In this document: positions 34,662 through 43,000 of the stretch, in pieces
Layout of the letters: each line of letters begins with the position of its first letter
Numbering within the stretch: position 1 is the first letter of the stretch
Notes under the pieces: generated by a model
Database searches by the model: none
What the model saw: the letters and a program-made list of their open reading frames with translations, nothing else
What the model was told of the DNA's origin: nothing
Position numbers and translations under genes: made by a program
DNA from: an uncultured bacterium
Lineage (GTDB): Bacteria; Muiribacteriota; Ozemobacteria; Ozemobacterales; Ozemobacteraceae
Direction of reading: 5' to 3'
Length of the DNA stretch: 64,000 nt
Assembly: GCA_937949615.1 (NCBI GenBank)
Contig: CALEDQ010000008.1
Span: 243,586 to 307,585, forward strand

Positions 34662-35639
34662 ATGAAAAAACTTGCAGTAATGTTTCTAATAGCGTTTTTG
34701 GGCACCTGCTTTTCTCTTCTGGCGGCCACCCCGTTCACAGAAGACGCTGTAAAACCAGATGATTCAACCAATGTCGCCACCGGCGACAAAAACACAAAAG
34801 TTGATGACAAATTTCCGGTTGCCGGTACAATCGAAGCCGGCAGTCGCCTGCGCCTGCGCTCATGGCCATGGGGCGTCGTTCTTGGCCTCTTCGAACCCGG
34901 CAGTTCGGTAACCGTCACCGGCGTTTCGGGCGAATTTTACCAGGTCGAAATCAATGGGCAGAAGGGCTATATGCACAAGAACTACATCTCGATCCCCGGT
35001 GCCCCTGCCTCCCAGGAAGAACCATACTACCCGGGCGACACCCGCAATGGCGGGCACCTGTCAATGACAGAAGGCAAAACTGCTTCTGAAGAAGGTGAAA
35101 AGAATAAATCCAGCTCCAGTTCAAGCAGTTCTTCGAGCTCGAGCTCAGCCAATGACACTGGCGCCATCTCGACCTACAAGGGCGGCAAGCTTTCACCCGA
35201 AGAATTCTCAAGAATCTTCGGCCCGGTCGCCCGCGAAAATATGCGCAGAACCGGCGTGCCCGCTTCCGTAACCCTGGCTCAGGCAGCCCTCGAAACCGGC
35301 TGGGGCTCTTCGAGCATCGGCGACGCGAAAAACATGTTCGGCATCAAGGGTACCGGCCCTGCTGGCTCGATCAGAGTTTCGACCCAGGAATTCGTTAACG
35401 GCAGCATGATCACCATTCAGGACAATTTCCGCAAATATCACAGCTGGCAGGAATCATTCGACGACCACGCCAAGCTGCTGCAGAACTCACGCTATGGCTA
35501 CGCGCTGCAGTACAAGAACAACCCCGACCGCTATGCCCAGGAAATCCACAAAGCCGGCTACGCAACCGACCCGAACTACGCTTCAAAACTGATCAGCATC
35601 ATGAAAGCCAACAACTTCTACCAGTGGGACGTTAAATAA
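34662..35639 (+). CDS. Secreted peptidoglycan hydrolase: SH3b-like domain, poly-Ser linker, C-terminal glucosaminidase (FlgJ-type muramidase) domain
   Basis: 'AGGAGA' ribosome-binding site. Signal peptide 'MKKLAVMFLIAFLGTCFSLLA'. 'SGEFYQVEINGQKGYMHKNYI' is SH3-like. S13 run 'SSSSSSSSSSSSS'. Glucosaminidase motifs 'TLAQAALETGWGSS...NMFGIKG'. Confidence 0.8.
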   Translation: MKKLAVMFLIAFLGTCFSLLAATPFTEDAVKPDDSTNVATGDKNTKVDDKFPVAGTIEAGSRLRLRSWPWGVVLGLFEPGSSVTVTGVSGEFYQVEINGQKGYMHKNYISIPGAPASQEEPYYPGDTRNGGHLSMTEGKTASEEGEKNKSSSSSSSSSSSSSANDTGAISTYKGGKLSPEEFSRIFGPVARENMRRTGVPASVTLAQAALETGWGSSSIGDAKNMFGIKGTGPAGSIRVSTQEFVNGSMITIQDNFRKYHSWQESFDDHAKLLQNSRYGYALQYKNNPDRYAQEIHKAGYATDPNYASKLISIMKANNFYQWDVK

Positions 35640-35651
35640 CGAGGTAAATCA

Positions 35652-36371
35652 ATGAAACGCATACTTCTCTCTTCTCTGTTCGCAGCAGCTCTGATGTATA
35701 CCATACCGGTGTTTGCCGACCTTGAAGTGCCTGGCGAAGCCAACCCGGTTCTTTCTGAAAACTCGATCGTTCTCAACAAAGCCAAATTCAGCGTGATCAA
35801 GCGCATCGACCAGGGAACCGTCACCCTGAAAGTGCTCGGCGTCGACGGCAAAGAAATGTGGGCCTCGCTGCCCCTCGGCGAACAGGAAAAACTGTTCATC
35901 ATCGACGGCGCTGCCAGCCCGCTCACTGTCAAAGACCTGACCGGTGACGGCGTGCCAGAAATCATCACTGCGGCCATGACCGGCCCCGAAACCAGCGCTC
36001 TCTACGTATTCAAATACGATGCCGCAGGCAAAAAGTTCGTCGGCATGAATTTTAAATACGAAAAAGAACAGCTGAGCCGTGATTTCATGGTTTCAGACAT
36101 GTATCAGAAAAATGGCGAAGATATCGTCTTCATGCCCGAAAACCAGGTTCGCGCCCTCGGCAAAATCTTCAATGAAGACGCAGGCCCGACCGCCGGCTTC
36201 TACTTCTTCAAGCTGACCGGCGACGAATTCGTCTGCTCCGAAATCATCCCGGTTCCGACCGATGCCCCGGCCGACGCGCAATCTGAAGACGCTGGCGCTG
36301 GCGCTACCGCCTCCGCCACGACCGAAACCCCGGCACCGGCCGCCACTGACGCGCCAGCAGCCGGTAACTGA
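35652..36371 (+). CDS. Secreted hypothetical protein with Ala/Thr/Pro-rich C-terminal tail
   Basis: Signal peptide 'MKRILLSSLFAAALMYTIPVFA'. Ribosome-binding site 'GAGGT'. Tail 'APADAQSEDAGAGATASATTETPAPAATDAPAAGN'. Confidence 0.55.
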   Translation: MKRILLSSLFAAALMYTIPVFADLEVPGEANPVLSENSIVLNKAKFSVIKRIDQGTVTLKVLGVDGKEMWASLPLGEQEKLFIIDGAASPLTVKDLTGDGVPEIITAAMTGPETSALYVFKYDAAGKKFVGMNFKYEKEQLSRDFMVSDMYQKNGEDIVFMPENQVRALGKIFNEDAGPTAGFYFFKLTGDEFVCSEIIPVPTDAPADAQSEDAGAGATASATTETPAPAATDAPAAGN

Positions 36372-36440
36372 TAAAAAGCGGCCCGCCTTTAAATAAAGAC
36401 CGGGCAAACCGCGGATTATAGACCTGTTGTAAAAGTAAAA

Positions 36441-36485
36441 TAAAAGCCCCCGACCGGGTCGAACCGGCCGGGGGCTTTCTTTTAT
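36441..36485. terminator. Bidirectional rho-independent terminator
   Basis: 'aaaagcccccgaccgg-gtcgaa-ccggccgggggctttcttttatt' between convergent genes. Confidence 0.75.
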
Positions 36486-36502
36486 TGCGTTCGCTTCAGG
36501 AT

Positions 36503-37153
36503 TTATTCAGGAATCGCTACAACAATGCCGTTCTGTTCGACGATTTTAAAACCGGCAACAGTTTCGGCTGAGTATTTGCCGTTTTCGCCGCTGACTTTAA
36601 CGGCCCAGCGATAGCGGTGATCTTTTTTCAGGTAGCCTTCATCGAAACCGATATGGCCATTGATGGTGGCAACTCTTTCCCAGATGGTTTTCTGTTCGGT
36701 GAGGTCGAAAAGAGTGACGGCGGCATAGCGGCTGTCGGTTTTCCAGGTGAAAATCGGCTTCAGAGTGGCGCCGACTTCAGCAAGGGCAAGAGCGGTCGGA
36801 GCTTCTGGCTTCTGAGCAGAAGGCACGTCAGCGATCTTCAGTTCAACTTTGAGGTTGCCGGCCATCGGCACTTCGGGGTGTTTCGGCAGTCTGACCTTAA
36901 CGTAATAGAAGGTCGGAGTCAGCATTTCGCTTTCGATAACCAGTTTGCCCATACGCAGATCGAGGTTGCGGGCGACAAAAATCTTGCCCTGCATGGCGGC
37001 GGTTTCCGGCAGGTCAATGCGGTGTTCCCAGCTCTGGGCAACTTCACCAACCTTCAGCTGGTGAAAAAAGTTCTGCTCGATGGTCTGAGCCTGAGCTGCA
37101 AAAGCAACCAGAGACATGAAAAGAACCGCGATCAACAAATTAATTTTTCGCAT
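36503..37153 (-). CDS. Secreted hypothetical protein
   Basis: Start at 'MRKINLLIAVLFMSLVAFAAQA' (signal peptide). The track extends 19 codons upstream. No recognisable motifs. Confidence 0.5.
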   Translation of the reverse strand: MRKINLLIAVLFMSLVAFAAQAQTIEQNFFHQLKVGEVAQSWEHRIDLPETAAMQGKIFVARNLDLRMGKLVIESEMLTPTFYYVKVRLPKHPEVPMAGNLKVELKIADVPSAQKPEAPTALALAEVGATLKPIFTWKTDSRYAAVTLFDLTEQKTIWERVATINGHIGFDEGYLKKDHRYRWAVKVSGENGKYSAETVAGFKIVEQNGIVVAIPE

Positions 37154-37309
37154 TGAAAGCCCCCTCTTGTATAAAAAACTACCATGTAAGTTTACGTCTG
37201 CCCGCTGCACCCCAGAAAGGTATTTTTAATGCATATCTCCGGCAATGGTAAGTGCCGGGCAACAAAAATTCAGCTCCCGGCAAAGGTTACATTTTTTATG
37301 TAACGCCGT

Positions 37310-38740
37310 CTATTCGATCTCGGGGCGCATGCTGACGTCAGCGGGTTTTTCCTGAAGATATTCGGAGGGGCTGCCAGGCAGAGCAAAGTTGAGAATTATT
37401 GCTGTCAGGCCACCAGAAATGATGCCAGAGCTCAGCATGCCATGCAAAGACTGCGGCAGAGCTTTTATCAGTGCCGGTTCAAAGCTTACGCCCAGGCCGG
37501 CAGCCATCGACACTGCCAGAATCAGCGTGCCGCGCCGGTCAATATGCTGCGTGGCGATGATTCTGATACCCGATGCAGCAACGGTGCCGAACATGAGAAA
37601 AGTAGCACCGCCAAGAACCGGTGCCGGCATCAGAGTGGCCAGTCCTGAAAAATAAGGAATCAGGCCAAGAATCGTAAGAAAGCCGGCGACAAAATAACCG
37701 ACATAGCGGCTGGCAACCCCGGTCAGCTGAATAATGCCGTTGTTCTGGCTGAAAGTCGTATTCGGAAAAGTATTGAACACCGATGCCAGCAGCGAATTGA
37801 AGCCGTCAGCAAAAACTCCGCCGGTAACCCGCTCAAAATAAACATCGCCTTCGAGCGGTTCACCAGAAACAAGAGATGTTGCCGTAATATCACCGATGGT
37901 TTCGACCAGAGTCACCAGATACAGCAGTGCAATGCCGAGAAAAACCGAAATATCAAAATTGAAGCCATATTTAAAAGGAACCGGAATCATTACCCAGCTG
38001 GAAACCGGCATGGCACCAAAGTTGACACCGCCCCCGAGGGCAGCGATGGCATAGCCGAAAACCAGGCCGACAAAAATCGAACTCATGCGAATCCAGCGGT
38101 TGTTAAGGCTGTTGAAAATCAGAATCGTCACGATGACAATTACAGCAAGCAACAGATTGTTCTGCACCACCGAAGCCGGAACATTACCGTTCAGAAAGCC
38201 GTCGATGACTGGCTGACCACCGGCACAACTCTTTACTGCCGAGCTGATCAGGGTCATACCGATAAGTGTCACGACAATACCACAAACCAGAGGCGTGATA
38301 AGAAGGCGCAGGGGTTTGATAAACCGGCTGCAGATCATTTCAATGAATGAGCCAACGAAACACAACCCAAACAGCAGCGGCAACGCCGACTCTGGCGAAT
38401 TGCCGGCACCGATATGGCTTTTCCCGGCGGCGATGAGAACGCCGATAAATGCGAAGCTTGTACCTTGAATGCTCAGCAGGCCTGAGCCGACAAAACCGAT
38501 TTTTTTGACCTGAATGAAGGTCGCAACCCCTGAAACCAGCAGCGACATGCTGACAATGTAACTGGTGTCAGCAGCATTAATACCAAGCACGCTGCAGATA
38601 ATCAGTGCCGGCGTCATTATCGACACGACAATCGCCATCAGATGCTGCAGAGCGGCAAAAATGGCCTCCCCGAGCGGCGGTCTGTCGTGCAGACCATAAA
38701 TAAGACTTGCCTTGATCGCTTCACGGTTCTGACTGCTCAT
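37310..38740 (-). CDS. NCS2-family nucleobase (xanthine/uracil-type) permease
   Basis: 476 aa, about 13 transmembrane helices. Typical NCS2 composition: 'GLQHLMAIVVSIMTPALI', 'IQGTSFAFIG', 'TLVETIGDITAT', 'FSQNNGIIQLTGVASRYVG'. Confidence 0.8.
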   Translation of the reverse strand: MSSQNREAIKASLIYGLHDRPPLGEAIFAALQHLMAIVVSIMTPALIICSVLGINAADTSYIVSMSLLVSGVATFIQVKKIGFVGSGLLSIQGTSFAFIGVLIAAGKSHIGAGNSPESALPLLFGLCFVGSFIEMICSRFIKPLRLLITPLVCGIVVTLIGMTLISSAVKSCAGGQPVIDGFLNGNVPASVVQNNLLLAVIVIVTILIFNSLNNRWIRMSSIFVGLVFGYAIAALGGGVNFGAMPVSSWVMIPVPFKYGFNFDISVFLGIALLYLVTLVETIGDITATSLVSGEPLEGDVYFERVTGGVFADGFNSLLASVFNTFPNTTFSQNNGIIQLTGVASRYVGYFVAGFLTILGLIPYFSGLATLMPAPVLGGATFLMFGTVAASGIRIIATQHIDRRGTLILAVSMAAGLGVSFEPALIKALPQSLHGMLSSGIISGGLTAIILNFALPGSPSEYLQEKPADVSMRPEIE

Positions 38741-38867
38741 GTTTTTTCCTGTTTATTTTGGATTCTCTCAAGCAACGAAAGATTTTACCATGCCCCAAGG
38801 CGCCGGCCGCAGAAATCTTCCAGATTGTGCCATGATTCTTATCATGTTTCTGGCATCGGGGCGACCG

Positions 38868-40013
38868 TCACGTCTCCTGCCCGGGAAGTGCAGGAGGAAA
38901 CTGACCGCCGGCGCCAGGCAAGCGAAGAAGCAGACGGGTTCTCTCTTCGCCAAGAGTTTCCATAGTAAGAGTGCCGTGCATAGTCCGGGTCATCAAAGAC
39001 GCAGAGTAAGCGCCCAGCCCGGTACCGCCTTTCTTGCCCATGGTAACGTATTTCTGGAAAAAGCTGTCACGGATTTTTTCTGGCACCACACCGTGATTCT
39101 CGATGACAATTTCTGCCCATGAACAGGCCCGCAGTTCAAGCCGAACCGGCTTTCCCGCAGGCGTGGCTTCCCAGGCATTCTTCAGAAGGTTCCCAAGCAG
39201 AGTGTAAATAAGCCCCTCTTCCCCTGTCACCATGAAATTGGCTGACTCCTCCGGGCTATTTCCATCGCAGCTCAGCTCGAGAGTCGAAGCCCGCGTCGAC
39301 GCGAGTGGCTCCATATCGCGAGTCAAAGTCCGAACGATAGCGAGAAGATCGACCTGGGCCGGCTTGAGGCGGTAGGTTCCCATCTCCATTTTGAGAAGGT
39401 CGAGAGATTGATTGATCATGGTCAGAAGCCGGTAGCCGGAACTTCGAATAAGAAGCAGGCATTCCTTCTGGTCCTCGGTCAGATTAGTCGCCGAAAGCAT
39501 AAGGCATGGAAATTCTATGATCGGCGTCAGAGGCCCCTTCAGGTCGTGACGGGTGATTCGTTCCACTTCTTCGCGCAACCGCAGATAGTCACGCAGCTGA
39601 TCATTCTGCGCCTCAAGTTCTGCCTGGGCACGACGCATGGCCAGATGGGCCTGCACGCGGGCTCGCACCAGAGCGGGGCTGAAAGGTTTGGTGACATAGT
39701 CGACCGCACCCACATCGAAGCCTCTGATTTCGTCACCCTCCTGGTCGCGGGCGGTCGCGAAAATAACGGTGATCGAAGCCAGGCTCGGGTCAGCCTTGAG
39801 TCGACGACAAACCTCATAACCATTCAGGTCAGGCATTTCGATGTCGAGCAGAATAAGATCGATGGGACCGGCCTTGGCCATTTCCAGAGCCCGCTCCCCG
39901 CTGGTAGCCACTTTCAAAGTAGCCAGACCATCGAGAATGTTGCCCAGAAGATCGATGTTGCGGGGTTGGTCGTCGACAAGCAGAACGACCGGCTTCTTGG
40001 CTGCTGTTGTCAT
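38868..40013 (-). CDS. Response-regulator / histidine-kinase fusion (N-terminal receiver, then HisKA-like and HATPase_c)
   Basis: 'VVLLVDDQPRNIDLL...LILLDIEMPDLNGYEV...YVTKPF' (receiver). 'ITRHDLKGPLTPII' (H-box-like). 'LGNLLKNAWEAT...GGTGLGAYSASLM' (ATPase). Start taken at the 'MTTAAKK' ATG. The track starts at a GTG 8 codons upstream. Confidence 0.8.
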   Translation of the reverse strand: MTTAAKKPVVLLVDDQPRNIDLLGNILDGLATLKVATSGERALEMAKAGPIDLILLDIEMPDLNGYEVCRRLKADPSLASITVIFATARDQEGDEIRGFDVGAVDYVTKPFSPALVRARVQAHLAMRRAQAELEAQNDQLRDYLRLREEVERITRHDLKGPLTPIIEFPCLMLSATNLTEDQKECLLLIRSSGYRLLTMINQSLDLLKMEMGTYRLKPAQVDLLAIVRTLTRDMEPLASTRASTLELSCDGNSPEESANFMVTGEEGLIYTLLGNLLKNAWEATPAGKPVRLELRACSWAEIVIENHGVVPEKIRDSFFQKYVTMGKKGGTGLGAYSASLMTRTMHGTLTMETLGEERTRLLLRLPGAGGQFPPALPGQET

Positions 40014-40033
40014 AAAAGATCTCTCCTGTTGTC

Positions 40034-43000
40034 TCACTTCATATGGGTTGTCGGCGGGGGTAGCATCGCGATAATACGGTCGAGCAGGGCGACAGCCTCT
40101 TCGAACCGATAGGCACCGATCACCTGCTCCAGCTCATGAGTCAGCCCGGAAAAGGCCAGCAACGCCGGTTCCATGGTTTGTAACAGAGTGGTTGCCTTGA
40201 AGTCGCTTTCCAGCAGAGCCTGCCGCAGCTCGGCCAGTGCCTCCCGATCTACAGATGCAGAAGATGGAAAGGCGGGTGCGGCTTCCGGCAAAGCAACAGC
40301 CAGGCAGCGTTCCAGGGAAAGTGCTGTCGTATCGAGTGCGTCGCGCAGTCTGGTCAGGCTGATGTCTGCCTGTTCAGAGCTCTCCCGGCGGCAGCACATT
40401 TCAAGATCAGCCGCGGCAACAGCCAACAGGGTAAGACCGAGATTGCCGGCCACCCCTTTCATGGCATGAGCCCGAGCCCGGGCTTCTGTCCACTTCCTTG
40501 CCGACAGCCACTGTTCAAAAAGCTTTATCACCCCATCGTGGTCATGTTTAAACTGTTCCAGCAGATGGCGCCAGCGGCGGCAACGGCCGCCACAGCGTGC
40601 CACGCCACCGACAGCGTCAAGGCCGGGAAGCTCCAGCCATTCCGCCGGGATTGCTTCATCGGCTGGAGTGGCGGTCGAAAGCATCGCCGACTTCACGTCA
40701 ACTTCAGATGCAGGTTCAGAGGAACTCCGCCTGCTCCAGTGAGCCAGACAACTGTAGAGATCAGTCGGATTGATCGGCTTCGCCACGTGGGCTACCATAC
40801 CGGCTTCCTGTGCCAGAGTGCGATCATCCACCGACACATCCGCAGTCATCGCAACGATGGGAAGTTCCGGGTGCTTTCCTTCAGCAATGATACGCCGGGT
40901 GGCCTCATAACCATCCATGACCGGCATCTGCACGTCCATCAGTACAATGTCATACCGGGCCTGATTGACCGCAGCCACAGCCGCAACCCCGTCTGCCACA
41001 ACGGTAACAATCGCCCCCACGTCAGAAAGAAGATCCTGGGCCAGCTCCTGATTGATCGGGTTATCCTCGGCCAGCAGCACCTGCAGCCCCTGCAGCTTCG
41101 GCCGCCATTCTGCGGCGATCTTGACCAGACTGGTCGTCGTCTTGCGGCGAACACCTGGCCGGCCGAATATTTTCATTATGGCGTCAAACCAGTCAGATGC
41201 CGTTACCGGGTGCACAACCCGCGCTCGAATCCCGAGCTCGTGCATTCGTTTTTCTTCAGAATCGCAACCGGTGGAGCTGACAAAAATTACTGGCGGAAGA
41301 TGCTGCCCGCTCGCCATTAATGCCTCAGCAAAACCGAGGCCGTCACCGTCAAGTAACTCCGCGAGAACCAGCAGATCAAAAGAGGCATTTTCAGAACTTT
41401 GCCTCAGCAACTCTCTGGCATGGGCACCATCTACCGCCTCCTCCACCTGAAAACCTAACCCTTTGAAGGTATCCCGCATTGATTTTAGAACGACTTCTCG
41501 ACTGGCAAGCAGCAGAGCACGACCGCGCGGCAGATTCTCTGGAAGCTGCAAAACACGTTCGCGCCAGCTTCCGACCGGGAACCAAAGCTGAAACGTGAAC
41601 TCTGTGCCGTGCGACAACCGCGACGAAACCTCCAGCTCCCCTCCCATCAGGCGCACAAGATTATGGGAGATGGCCAGACCAAGCCCCGAGCCGCCGAATC
41701 GTCGGGTAGTGCCCGAATCGGCCTGAGAAAACGGCTGAAACAGTCGCTTCTGCTGGTCGGGGGTCATGCCGATGCCGGTGTCGGATACAGCAAAACCAAG
41801 CCGGACCAGATCGTTTTCCTCTCCGAGAAGAATAACGCTGAGAACGACATGGCCGGCCGAAGTGAATTTGATGGCATTCGAAAGCAGATTGGTCAAAACC
41901 TGCGTCAGACGCAGAGAATCGCCGACCAGGGGATAAGGCAGACCAGGATGTATATCGAAAAACAGACTGATACCTTTATCACGGGCCACCTGTCTGAACA
42001 GACTTGCCAGATTATCGAGCATCTCACCTGGGTGAAACTCGGCCACCTCTATTTCCAGACGCCCCTCTTCTATCCTGGAAAAATCAAGAATATCGTTTAT
42101 GAGCCCCAGAAGCAGTTTGCCGGAGGAATGCAGTCTTTCGACGAGTAAACGCTGCCGCTCGTTGAGTGAGGTGTTGGCCAGCAGATAGATCATACCAAGC
42201 ACAGCGTTCATCGGGGTGCGAATCTCGTGACTCATGCTGGCCAAAAACATGCTCTTGGCCCTGGTCGCGACCTCGGCTGCGTCTTTGGCTTCTGCCAGCG
42301 CCGTTTCAACCCGCTGCCGCAGAACGATCGACCAGAGATCGTTGCCGATAAGCTGCAATTGTTCGACGTCAGATTGATCATAAGGCGTCGCCTTGTTGCC
42401 CACACCAATCACGAGGCGAACCTTGCCGCCATCGATCACCGGAGCTCCAATGTGGCGGATAAGAGGAATATGTTCACCGGGAACACCCTTTCGGTCGGCG
42501 AGATTCTGGTAATCGTTGTGGATAACCGGGCGTCGAAGCAGAATTGCGTCACCCCACACACCTGCGGCCGACATCGCATAATGGCCATCGGCGCTGGCGG
42601 AACATTTTTTCAGCGTCTCCGATGACCAGGCTCGCAGAGAAATCGTTTCCTGATCTTCATCGATGAAATGCAGACAACCAATCTCGCTGCCGGTCAACCT
42701 GACCGCCTCGTCGACACCCATTTTCAGAAGCTGCTCCTCGTCGAGTTCGTGCAATTTCTGACTCATGGCGAGCATCGCCGACAGACGCTGGTCGCTGAGA
42801 GACAATCGCCGATTGGCATTCTCGAGGTCGAAAGTGCGTTGTCGCACAAGCTCTTCAAGGCGCTGCCGATGCCCCTCCAGTTCCTTCTCGTCGTTGCGCA
42901 TCCTGGTGATATCGCGCCCGACCCCCAGAACACCGATAAGACGGCCATCACCGCTGTAGATCGGGGTCTTGATCGTCTGTAAAAGTTCGCGATGGCCATC

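Noticed and set aside
34534-34918. 128-codon N-terminal extension of the rubrerythrin-like ORF in the track
   Set aside because: It has no stop by chance. It overlaps the promoter and 5' end of the divergent peptidoglycan-hydrolase gene. The ferritin-like domain begins at an internal ATG that has a strong ribosome-binding site.
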